The position numbers and the translations under genes were made by a program. Positions 11,253-20,614 of a stretch of DNA of 64,000 nt are shown piece after piece. Every line of letters begins with the position of its first letter. Position 1 is the stretch's first letter. The DNA comes from Bacteroidota bacterium. GTDB lineage: Bacteria; Bacteroidota; Bacteroidia; NS11-12g; UBA955. Below the pieces are notes generated by a model. The model saw only the letters and a program-made list of their open reading frames with translations. It was not told the DNA's origin and made no database searches. The DNA lies in contig JAUXOK010000009.1 in assembly GCA_030682255.1 (NCBI GenBank), forward strand, positions 50,428-114,427, written 5' to 3'.

Positions 11253-11942
11253 ATGAAAAAAACATTAATTATTGCATTTACAGTTATCGTTATGGCTTCT
11301 TGTGGGTCTAAAACTGGTGGTAAAATAACCATGAAAAACGAAGCAGATTCATTTGCGTATGTATTTGGTGCAAATACAGGCAGAATTCTAAATAATTTCA
11401 AAGTTAAAGATATTAACTGGGATGTTTTTAGAGCTTGTGTTGAAGATGTAATGAAAAATGGCGACAGCAATTTATTAATTTCTAAAGAATTGGAAAACGA
11501 AATTGCGATGAACTATTTGAATGAAATTAAATATGGTGAAAACAAAACCAAAGGAGCAGAATACATAAGCAAAAGAGAAAAAGAAGGTTTTACTAAAACT
11601 GCAAGTGGCATTCTATTTAAAGAAACAGCAAAAGGAAGTGGTGTAAAGCCATTGTTAACCGACACTGTTTTTATTCACTATACAGGAAAATTCACAGATG
11701 GCACAACATTCGATTCTAGCATTGGACGTACACCTTTAAAAACTGCTCTTAACGGTGGTGCAATACCAGGATTTTTGGAAGCTATTTCTATGATGGAATT
11801 AGGTTCTAAAGCTGAAGTTATTATTCCATATAACTTGGCTTATGGCAAACAAGGCAACCAAAATCCATACACAGGTGAAATGACAATGGAGCCATACCAA
11901 ACTTTAACTTTTGAGTTAGAATTGGTAGAAATTCAGAAATAA
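11253..11942 (+). CDS. FKBP-type peptidyl-prolyl cis-trans isomerase, lipoprotein
   Basis: Lipoprotein signal (MKKTLIIAFTVIVMASC) and FKBP_C signature (DTVFIHYTGKFTDGTTFDSS ... IPGFLEAISMM ... PYNLAYG). ATG at 11253 preferred over TTG at 11166. Confidence 0.85.
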   Translation: MKKTLIIAFTVIVMASCGSKTGGKITMKNEADSFAYVFGANTGRILNNFKVKDINWDVFRACVEDVMKNGDSNLLISKELENEIAMNYLNEIKYGENKTKGAEYISKREKEGFTKTASGILFKETAKGSGVKPLLTDTVFIHYTGKFTDGTTFDSSIGRTPLKTALNGGAIPGFLEAISMMELGSKAEVIIPYNLAYGKQGNQNPYTGEMTMEPYQTLTFELELVEIQK

Positions 11943-11965
11943 TCAATAATAAAAAATATAATATT

Positions 11966-11996
11966 AAAAAGTCCTACTCATGAGTAGGACTTTTTT
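11966..11996. terminator. bidirectional intrinsic terminator between convergent FKBP and dtd genes
   Basis: Perfect 20-nt palindrome GTCCTACTCATGAGTAGGAC (11971-11990), flanked by an A-run on the left and a T-run on the right. Confidence 0.7.
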
Positions 11997-12055
11997 ATAC
12001 CAATTTGAATTATAAATTACTCCAAAATTTTAATACTATAGGTTAATATTTATAA

Positions 12056-12508
12056 TTACTCTTTCAATTGAGAATCTATAATAATTGTAACGGGTCCATC
12101 ATTCATGATTTGTATCTGCATATCAGCACCAAAAACACCCGTTTGAATTTTAATTCCTAACAGTGTTTCTAATTCTTTTACTGCATGTTGGAATAATGGT
12201 TCAGCCTTTTCAGGCTTTGCTGAAGTTAAAAAAGATGGTCGATTACCTTTAACTGTAGAGGCATAAAGCGTAAATTGACTGACAAGCAAAAGCTCTGCAC
12301 CGACTTCTGTTAATGATAAATTCATCTTACCCAACTTATCATTAAAAATCCTGAGATTTGCTATTTTTTTACATATCCAAATTAAATCTTCATGTGTATC
12401 AGTTTCGCTTACTGCAAGAAAAACTAAAAGTCCACAACCAATTTGGCTATGAATCTCTTGTTTTATATTGACTGAGGCTTTTAAAACCCTTTGAACAACA
12501 GCTCTCAT
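12056..12508 (-). CDS. dtd: D-aminoacyl-tRNA (D-Tyr-tRNA) deacylase
   Basis: 150 aa. MRAVVQRV start, SQFTLYA and GPVTI motifs characteristic of Dtd. Confidence 0.9.
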   Translation of the reverse strand: MRAVVQRVLKASVNIKQEIHSQIGCGLLVFLAVSETDTHEDLIWICKKIANLRIFNDKLGKMNLSLTEVGAELLLVSQFTLYASTVKGNRPSFLTSAKPEKAEPLFQHAVKELETLLGIKIQTGVFGADMQIQIMNDGPVTIIIDSQLKE

Positions 12509-12510
12509 AA

Positions 12511-13257
12511 TTAATCATCCGAAAGTCTTACCTTAAGTCCAAACTCAGCACCAATGCTGTATAACATATGCATATTTTTACCATAATTAGCAGGTAATAC
12601 CGGTAGTGTCAACTTAGGTTGAACAAATACCGAAAGCTTTTCGCCATCAATTTTATTTTCGTATCTCAAACCAATTTGGATATTTCCACTCACAAGCCCC
12701 GAAGAAATATCGTTCTCATTAAACTTAATTGATTTTTGTCCTTTAAATGTAAAGCCATAAAAAACCGCATTAATATCTTGTTTGAGCAGTCCAGAAATAG
12801 CGCCACCGGCTAATACATGCAATGAACCAGAGGCACCTTTAACACGTCTTTTCAACTCTTTGGAATACAGAAAAGGTATAGAAAGGTAATGATAACGGTA
12901 TCTAAACTCTACCCATGAAGGACCAATTTGCACTTGATCAGCTCTAATGCCTAATAATGGATGAATGGTATCTAAAAATTTAACATCATCTTTCATTCTT
13001 TTAAAACCCATATTTTGGTATTGAAGTCCAATTAACAAAGTAGACCTTTGACTTAAAGATATAGGCTTATAAATATTGAAAGATAAACTTTGATGAAATT
13101 TATCGTTTTTTTTAAATGAATCCTTAAATTTTTCATTTTCAGGAAACATAATTCTATGGTTTAAACCTGGCTGAACAGACAAAAATAAATATTGGCTATT
13201 TTGTGAATAGGATTTTTGAACAAATAAAAATGAAAATACTATTAAAATATATCTCAT
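12511..13257 (-). CDS. outer-membrane beta-barrel protein (OMP_b-brl-like), function unknown
   Basis: Signal peptide ending SYSQ and alternating beta-strand pattern. 4-nt ATGA overlap with the upstream MATE gene. Confidence 0.45.
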   Translation of the reverse strand: MRYILIVFSFLFVQKSYSQNSQYLFLSVQPGLNHRIMFPENEKFKDSFKKNDKFHQSLSFNIYKPISLSQRSTLLIGLQYQNMGFKRMKDDVKFLDTIHPLLGIRADQVQIGPSWVEFRYRYHYLSIPFLYSKELKRRVKGASGSLHVLAGGAISGLLKQDINAVFYGFTFKGQKSIKFNENDISSGLVSGNIQIGLRYENKIDGEKLSVFVQPKLTLPVLPANYGKNMHMLYSIGAEFGLKVRLSDD

Positions 13258-14609
13258 GATAAACCTTCAAATTTAATTAAATCTTTATTTATTTGTCTAT
13301 AAAATCTATAAATCAATAAAGTTGCAGCAAAGGTTAGTCCAACCACAAAGGCAATCCAAATGCCATCCAAGCCAAAACCAAATTTAAAAGCCAGAAGATA
13401 TCCGCCAGGTATCATAAAAATCCAGTAAGCCACAAATGCAATAACACCAGTCATTTTTGTATCTTTTATCCCTCGCAAAACTCCAGCTCCGACTGCTTGA
13501 AGTCCATCGCTCATTTGAAAAATAGCCGCCCAAACTACCAAAGACTGAGCCATTAGAATTACCGCACCATCATTGGTGTAAATACTCGGTATTTGTTTAT
13601 AAAACACCAATAAAATAACAGCAAAAAACAATTCAATTACTACAGCAAGATAAATACAAATTTTAGCTGAATGTCTAACACCCACTTTATCTTTTGCGCC
13701 ATAATAATTTCCAACAACGATGGTTGCCGCTGCGGCAATCCCAGTTACAAACATATAGGTTATTGAAGCTAAATTAATCGCTATTTGATGAGCCGCAAGG
13801 CTGTTTTCAGAAATCCATCCAGCAAAAATGAGTCCAATAGAAAATGCGGCAATTTCGAAAAAGAAAGTGAATCCTATAGGCATTCCTAGTTTAACAATCT
13901 GATAAAAATAACTTTTAGTAACTATCTTAATTTTCTTAAATTGTTGTATCAATGGGTTATACCAAGCCATACCTAACATTAAAAACATCATCAACAATCT
14001 AGATATATTGGTTGCCCAAGCTGCTCCATCTATACCCATAGAAGGGAAACCCCAATGACCAAATATCAACAACCAATTTAATAAGACATTAAATAAGAGC
14101 CCAATAAAAGTAACATACATTGCCATCATTGTTTTCCCTAATCCATCCATTAATTGTTTAGATGCATAAAAAATCAGGACCAAAGGTGTTGAATAATTCA
14201 CAATACGCAGATAATCTCCACCTAATTCAGTTACTTTAGGCGTTTGGCCAAAGACTGAAATATATTTTAATAAAATTAAATTGACACCAATTATAATGAC
14301 ACTTAAAAACACAGATACCCATAAAGAGGATTTAAAAATTGATAAAGCTTGTTGAGGGATGCCCTCTCCATCAGCAATAGATATCAAAGTACTTACAGCA
14401 TAAAGCAAGCCCATACCAAAAACAATAAACTGAAAGAAAACCGCATTACCAAAACTAGCAGAGCTCATGGCATCTGTAGAATATCTGCCCAACATTACTG
14501 TATCAGCAAAACCCATCAAAACAAGCCCCAGTTGACCAATTGTGATGGGTAATGCTAATTTTACAATGTAGGTAATTAAATTTTGATGAAACTTTATTTG
14601 CTTAAACAA
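13254..14609 (-). CDS. MATE-family efflux transporter
   Basis: 12-TM, 451-aa protein with N-terminal LALPITIGQLGLVLMGFADTVMLGR, typical of MatE/NorM. Confidence 0.85.
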   Translation of the reverse strand: MFKQIKFHQNLITYIVKLALPITIGQLGLVLMGFADTVMLGRYSTDAMSSASFGNAVFFQFIVFGMGLLYAVSTLISIADGEGIPQQALSIFKSSLWVSVFLSVIIIGVNLILLKYISVFGQTPKVTELGGDYLRIVNYSTPLVLIFYASKQLMDGLGKTMMAMYVTFIGLLFNVLLNWLLIFGHWGFPSMGIDGAAWATNISRLLMMFLMLGMAWYNPLIQQFKKIKIVTKSYFYQIVKLGMPIGFTFFFEIAAFSIGLIFAGWISENSLAAHQIAINLASITYMFVTGIAAAATIVVGNYYGAKDKVGVRHSAKICIYLAVVIELFFAVILLVFYKQIPSIYTNDGAVILMAQSLVVWAAIFQMSDGLQAVGAGVLRGIKDTKMTGVIAFVAYWIFMIPGGYLLAFKFGFGLDGIWIAFVVGLTFAATLLIYRFYRQINKDLIKFEGLS

Positions 14610-14669
14610 GAATGCAAATTTCAGTTAAATAATCAAGTTTTGATAACTATTAATTACATATTTTATTTT

Positions 14670-17600
14670 TTATCTCAAAAGTGTAACAGTACCTCTTTGA
14701 CTAAACAATTCGTTGTTTTCAAATTCACCGCTAATAGACCAAACATAAGTTTCTTGAGGACATTGAACACCTTTAAAAACACCATCCCATTCACCTTCTA
14801 GGTCTGTTGTTTCAAACACCTTTTCGCCCCATCTGTTATATACTGCAAACACATAATTTCTTTGTTTTACATTAAACAATGACGGTTTAAACACTTCGTT
14901 CATACCATTATTATTGGGAGTAAAGGCACTTGGTGTGTAAACAAAACCAGGTTGTTCGGTTCTTAAATATGTTGATTTATAAGCTGTATCAACACATCCC
15001 ATTGAGTTTTCAGCAATTAATCTTACATCAAACCTACCAACTTGATTAACAAAGAAAGACGGATCACGGAAATTTGAAGTTTGAATAACATTACCTATAC
15101 TATCAAAAACAGCCCATTTATTACTTACAACATTGTCTGTTAAATTAATCATCTTAAATACAGCATTAGGAATGGTTAAATCAGTTTTAGATGCATAAAA
15201 ATCTGCTAAAGGTTTTGCATACACATTAACGAGTTTATATTGTGTTTTTGAGGTTACACCTCCAGTTCCAGTAACAACAAGCGTAACATCATAAACACCT
15301 TCATTTCTGAAATAATGTGTAGGATTTTCCTCTTCTGAATCAGGAGTTCCGTCACCAAAAATCCATCTGTAAGATACACCATGAACTGATTGGCTATTAA
15401 AATCAACTTTTAAAGGCGCACATCCTTCAATAACAGATGCAGTAAAATCAACTACCGGTTTCGGATCATCTATAAATATTGGTTTTTGAATCATATCAGA
15501 ACAATTATCGTTTGATACAATCAAAGTAACATTTACATTTCCAGCTATTTCATATTTATGTGTTGGTGTTTTTTTGAAATTATTGGATGATTCACCTGAA
15601 TTATCTCCAAAATCCCATTCATATCTTAATTCATCTAAATTAGTACCATAAACGATAGGTTTTGCTACAAAATCTACAATTGCATTTGGCAATTTAGGAA
15701 CAATCGGACCATAAGTAAAGTCAGCAATTGGTTTTTCATAAACCCTCATAAACTCAGTTCCATCAGTAGAATCAACGCATCCATCATCATTATATCCATA
15801 GAGCATAATTTTAAAATAACCATATCTATCATAGATATATGAAGGATTAACTTCGTTAGAAATTCCTCCATCTCCAAATCTCCAAAAATATCTCACTGCA
15901 TTTTTTGACAAATTGGTAAAATCAATTTTGCCATTTTCGCATGATGTAATTGGATTTTTTTGGAATCCTAACACCATTTTAGGTTTTAGTGTAATGGTTT
16001 TCAGCGCGCTATCTTTGCAATTATAAATGTTGCTAATTACAAGTTTAATATTGTAAAGAGTATCTTGAACTAGAGAGTAATTAAATTTGTAATTAATATT
16101 TTTTTGTTCATAAACGTCTGTACTATTAACTGTCCAAGTGTTTTTGTAACTATTTTTTGATTTATCTACAAACTGAAATAATCCATCATCACAAACATCA
16201 GGTCTTACTGAAGAAAAATCTGCAACTGGTTTAGGATAAACCAAAACAGTTGAAGTAATTGTATCACGACAATTGAACATACTTCTTACCAAAGTAATTT
16301 TAGGTTGAAGAACCAAACTTTCTGTTTGATTAACGAATGTATGATTGGCGCTTTGACCAACTTCAGTTGCTGATTTATCTCCAAAATCCCAATACAAGGT
16401 TTTAAAATCATTTGAATTATTAGTAAAACTAACATTTAAATCAGTGCAACCAAATGATTTATCCATGGTCATTTTATCTAAAGGCTTGCTGATTAAAAAA
16501 GTTGTTTTAAAGGTGGTGTCTTTACATCCATTTACCGAGGTTGATATTAATCTAACATCAAAAGTAGTGTCTTTTGTAACAACTGGATTGATAACATATT
16601 TAACACTTGGGTTTACAGCAGTAGATGTTTTACCATCACCAAAAGACCACAAATAAGAGGCAGCACCTAACGAATTATTCAACATTGAAACTTTTTCAAT
16701 GCTACAAATTGAATCCTTATTAAATATAAATTTTGAAACAGGCTTACCCATCAACAGAACTTCTTTACTGATAATATCACTTAAACAACCGAATGGAGAA
16801 GCTACTTGATGGTAAATGCGATAAATCGTGTCATATAAATTTAAACCTGGCAAAGCAAATGATGCACTAGCATTTCCTTGATTTAAAACGGAACTTAAAC
16901 CCCATCTGTAAGATCCTGGATTAATGGATTGATCATTTGCAATTATAACAGCAGGAGAACAAACTTTAGTAGTTGAAATAACAAAATCCACCTTAGGTTT
17001 AGGATAAACAGTTAATGAAAGTTTTGAAGTATCCTTACAACCGTTAACTGTTGTAACTACATAATCAATATCGTAATTTACATTATTGTCTAAATTATTG
17101 TGGTATATAGCAGAATCATTTTCAGCAGATGAAATAAAACCATTATTGAAATTCCATTGATGCATTAATGCGCCATTTCCATTTGCTCTTGAATTATTTA
17201 ATGTTCTAACTTTCAAAGGAGCGCAACCAGCGTTTCTATCTAAAGAGATAACGGCAGTTGGTTTTGCATAAACAACAACTTGTTTTTTGGCACTATCTAT
17301 ACAACCATGTTGACTATACCCAATTAAACGAATTGTATAATTTGTATCTTGGAATAATGACGATTTAAAAGAGGCTTGAGCATTAATTTGATTTGATGAC
17401 ATTCCGTTACCAAAATTCCATTCAAAAGTCATATTATTGATACTTCCTGAACCTTTAGGTGCCGACATATTACTTGTAATGACATCTAAACTATAACAAG
17501 CTTTATCCTTATTAAGCATAAAATCAACTTTAGGTTTTGGATAAACTGTTACAGATTCTTCTGTTGTATCTCTACAACCATTCATTGAAGTAGTAATAAG

Positions 17601-20234
17601 AACAACTTTATGAAGAGTGTCTTTAGAAAGACTAGCATTAAAAGAAGATTGAATATTTTTTGCAGTTTGAATATTGTTATTTACATACCATTGGTGTGAA
17701 AGCGAAGATGTATCTCTTGAATTATTGGTTTTAGATTGATTTGTAAATGACACCTGCAATGGACCACAACCACTTGTTTTATCCTTAACAAAAACAGATG
17801 TTGGAGCAACAAAAACTTTAACTTGAGACGTTGTAGAATCTTTGCAACCTAACCAATTTCTAACCAATAATTTTACTTTATAAATTGTATCGCCATATTT
17901 AGCAGCAAGATATTGAGTTGTAGGATTTTTAAGGTTTGATATTGTAGAATTCCCTAAATCCCATTGGCTTGAAAATAGGCTTGTAGATTGATTAGAAAAT
18001 AAAACATTTAAAATACCGCAACCAGAATCATTATTGTTTATTAATGCTTGAGGGTTTTTAGGTGTAAAAATAGTTTTTTCAATTGAATCATTTTGACATG
18101 AAGAAGAACTTGTAACCAATAGTTTTATTTTTACTATTGTAGAATCATTAGTAATAGAATACTCATTAAAAGTATTGCTTTCAGAAACTAAAACATTGTT
18201 TGCATACCATTTATATTGATTAGCCAAAAGTGATTTATCGGTAATCGTAAATGAAGCTGGAGCGCATGCATAAGACTTATTAATATCAAACATTGCTTTT
18301 GCACCTGGCTTAATAACCAATTGATGAAAGGCAGTGTCTTTACAACCTGAACTAGTACCTGAAATTAATCTTACAGTATAATTACCCGTTTGGTGATAAG
18401 CATGTTTCAAATCATTCAAATTGGATGTTGTGTAATTATTATTATCACCCATTGACCAATTATATTGGGTTGAATTGGTTGAATTATTTACAAATTTCAG
18501 AGAATCAAAAGTACAACCAACAGTATCTCCATTAAAACTTGCAACTGGCAAACCAAATACTTCTAATACTTGAGTAAAAGTATCAACACCACAACTATCT
18601 TTAACAATTAGAATAATTTCATACAATCCTGGCGTTGTAAATGTTTTTGAAGAAGGAGATTTCAAATTACTTGTTTGATTATTTCCTAAGTGCCATTCGA
18701 AGGTTGGATTAGTAAAATAAGATGTAGATGTATTATTAAAATTAACTTGATGAGGAATACAACCATTGTTTAAATTTGAAAACTTAGCCGTTGGTTTATC
18801 GTTTACAACAAAACTTTTAGTAACAATTGATGAATCACATTGATTAACTACTTTAATACTCACAGTATGAGTACCTGGTTTTGTAAAAGTGTAACTTAAA
18901 ATTGAGTCAGAAAATTTATAAACTGAATTACCTTCTGTAATTGTCCAAAATCTTTTATAACCTCTTCCTTTAGATGTGTCTGTCAAATTAACCGTTAAAG
19001 GATTGCAACCTCTATTTTCATCATAACTAAATCCTGCAACTGGTTTATAAAAAACTCTAATAACATCTTTAAATGTATCAACACCACATCCATTTCTAGC
19101 TAATAATGTAATTACATAATCACCCTCTTTTGCATACTTATGATATTGTTCAGCTTTACTATAAGTCCAACCAAAAGTAGTACCATCGCCAAAATCCCAA
19201 AAATATTCTTTCACATCGGGCAATAAACAATATTTATCAGATGAGTTGTTATAAAAAATATGGTTATCAGAAGGAACACATGTTTTTTGGACAGTCCACA
19301 GTGCTTTATCTTTATCGCTAATATCAACAGGATTCCAAGTGGTGAATGAAGAACCACAAACGTTACTTGCCGTCAATTTAATGATACCAGCACACATCCC
19401 TTTAGTGTAGGTGTGATAAATGGTATCGTTACTGGCATTGTAAGGCAAAAACTGTGATTCTCCATCACCCCATTCAATTTGAAATTTAGTAAGATTAGAA
19501 ATATTATATGAATTGTTGATTATTCTTAAACGATGAGGCACACAACCTCTGTTATTTCCAGAAGGTGGCCCAATGATACCTGCTGTAGGTATTCTTTGAT
19601 TTGTTACTTTTCCATAAATCGTATCATAACAATTAGAAGCGTTTAGCGTAATAATTTTAACTTCGAATGAACCTAAACTATTATACAGATGTTGTTTGAT
19701 GGTATTTGGAGCTAAATCAGTTCCTGTTGTATCAACCTGTCCATCACCCCAAATAATCTTTAATCTTTTTAAAGTATCAGCAGATTCAAATTTAATTCTA
19801 AATGTATCTGGGTCATTTTGATACATCAAACAATTAATCCATTCTGGTGAATGAGAACGATTAAATGATTGGTCTAAAATAGTTTTAGCAGTGGTTGTAA
19901 CATTAATAGTTGTGTTAGAAGATGAATCTATACATCCAGATGAATCTTTAACAAATAACTTTAAAGAATTATTTCCACTTTTCTTTAATAAAACTGTAAC
20001 TGAATCCAATCCAAGTATAGTATCCATAGATTGCCCATTAACTTTTAACCAAAATTTTGTAGAGTTGTTAAAATTACCACTTGATGTGTTAAAAATTTTA
20101 ACAATGTATGGCAATCCACACGACCTCTCAATTGTGTAATTAAAAGTTGGTGTTATTGAACAAGCATAAGTATTAATACCTATGAGAATTCCTACCATTA
20201 ATCCGACTATTTTTTTTGCATTTTTGATTTTCAT
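14670..20234 (-). CDS. giant PKD-repeat surface protein with T9SS type-B (gliding-motility CHU_C-like) C-terminal sorting domain
   Basis: About 18 diverged ~85-90-aa PKD-like modules (recurrent WxFGDG-type cores such as YFWDFGDGT, YLWSFGDGK, YRWIFGDGT). C-terminal FTPNNNGMNEVF ... VYNRWGEKVFE ... WDG signature. N-terminal signal peptide. Confidence 0.85.
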   Translation of the reverse strand: MKIKNAKKIVGLMVGILIGINTYACSITPTFNYTIERSCGLPYIVKIFNTSSGNFNNSTKFWLKVNGQSMDTILGLDSVTVLLKKSGNNSLKLFVKDSSGCIDSSSNTTINVTTTAKTILDQSFNRSHSPEWINCLMYQNDPDTFRIKFESADTLKRLKIIWGDGQVDTTGTDLAPNTIKQHLYNSLGSFEVKIITLNASNCYDTIYGKVTNQRIPTAGIIGPPSGNNRGCVPHRLRIINNSYNISNLTKFQIEWGDGESQFLPYNASNDTIYHTYTKGMCAGIIKLTASNVCGSSFTTWNPVDISDKDKALWTVQKTCVPSDNHIFYNNSSDKYCLLPDVKEYFWDFGDGTTFGWTYSKAEQYHKYAKEGDYVITLLARNGCGVDTFKDVIRVFYKPVAGFSYDENRGCNPLTVNLTDTSKGRGYKRFWTITEGNSVYKFSDSILSYTFTKPGTHTVSIKVVNQCDSSIVTKSFVVNDKPTAKFSNLNNGCIPHQVNFNNTSTSYFTNPTFEWHLGNNQTSNLKSPSSKTFTTPGLYEIILIVKDSCGVDTFTQVLEVFGLPVASFNGDTVGCTFDSLKFVNNSTNSTQYNWSMGDNNNYTTSNLNDLKHAYHQTGNYTVRLISGTSSGCKDTAFHQLVIKPGAKAMFDINKSYACAPASFTITDKSLLANQYKWYANNVLVSESNTFNEYSITNDSTIVKIKLLVTSSSSCQNDSIEKTIFTPKNPQALINNNDSGCGILNVLFSNQSTSLFSSQWDLGNSTISNLKNPTTQYLAAKYGDTIYKVKLLVRNWLGCKDSTTSQVKVFVAPTSVFVKDKTSGCGPLQVSFTNQSKTNNSRDTSSLSHQWYVNNNIQTAKNIQSSFNASLSKDTLHKVVLITTSMNGCRDTTEESVTVYPKPKVDFMLNKDKACYSLDVITSNMSAPKGSGSINNMTFEWNFGNGMSSNQINAQASFKSSLFQDTNYTIRLIGYSQHGCIDSAKKQVVVYAKPTAVISLDRNAGCAPLKVRTLNNSRANGNGALMHQWNFNNGFISSAENDSAIYHNNLDNNVNYDIDYVVTTVNGCKDTSKLSLTVYPKPKVDFVISTTKVCSPAVIIANDQSINPGSYRWGLSSVLNQGNASASFALPGLNLYDTIYRIYHQVASPFGCLSDIISKEVLLMGKPVSKFIFNKDSICSIEKVSMLNNSLGAASYLWSFGDGKTSTAVNPSVKYVINPVVTKDTTFDVRLISTSVNGCKDTTFKTTFLISKPLDKMTMDKSFGCTDLNVSFTNNSNDFKTLYWDFGDKSATEVGQSANHTFVNQTESLVLQPKITLVRSMFNCRDTITSTVLVYPKPVADFSSVRPDVCDDGLFQFVDKSKNSYKNTWTVNSTDVYEQKNINYKFNYSLVQDTLYNIKLVISNIYNCKDSALKTITLKPKMVLGFQKNPITSCENGKIDFTNLSKNAVRYFWRFGDGGISNEVNPSYIYDRYGYFKIMLYGYNDDGCVDSTDGTEFMRVYEKPIADFTYGPIVPKLPNAIVDFVAKPIVYGTNLDELRYEWDFGDNSGESSNNFKKTPTHKYEIAGNVNVTLIVSNDNCSDMIQKPIFIDDPKPVVDFTASVIEGCAPLKVDFNSQSVHGVSYRWIFGDGTPDSEEENPTHYFRNEGVYDVTLVVTGTGGVTSKTQYKLVNVYAKPLADFYASKTDLTIPNAVFKMINLTDNVVSNKWAVFDSIGNVIQTSNFRDPSFFVNQVGRFDVRLIAENSMGCVDTAYKSTYLRTEQPGFVYTPSAFTPNNNGMNEVFKPSLFNVKQRNYVFAVYNRWGEKVFETTDLEGEWDGVFKGVQCPQETYVWSISGEFENNELFSQRGTVTLLR

Positions 20235-20614
20235 AACCTTTATATTGCTTATATAAAATTAGGATAAACTATTGCAAAATCAATAGTTTGTAAAAAAAAA
20301 TCATTTTTTTTACAAACTGTAAAAGTCTGTTGATTTCACATCAACTTACATCAAAAAAAAATAAAAAAAACGAATAAAAACAATAAAATGTTTAATTAAT
20401 TTTTACAATCGTTAAACAAACTGAAAACAAAAATTCTTGAACTGAAAAAATTACATCAAATTCATCAACGCGTTAAAAAGCACTTAAAAAAATATTTACT
20501 TATGACTGCATTTTGAATTCAAAAATCCAAGTTAAGTGTTTCATACCAAATCTAAATTTAACACAAATCAGCCTAATTCAGCATGAAATTCAAATTAAAA
20601 AAAAGAAAGAAAAT

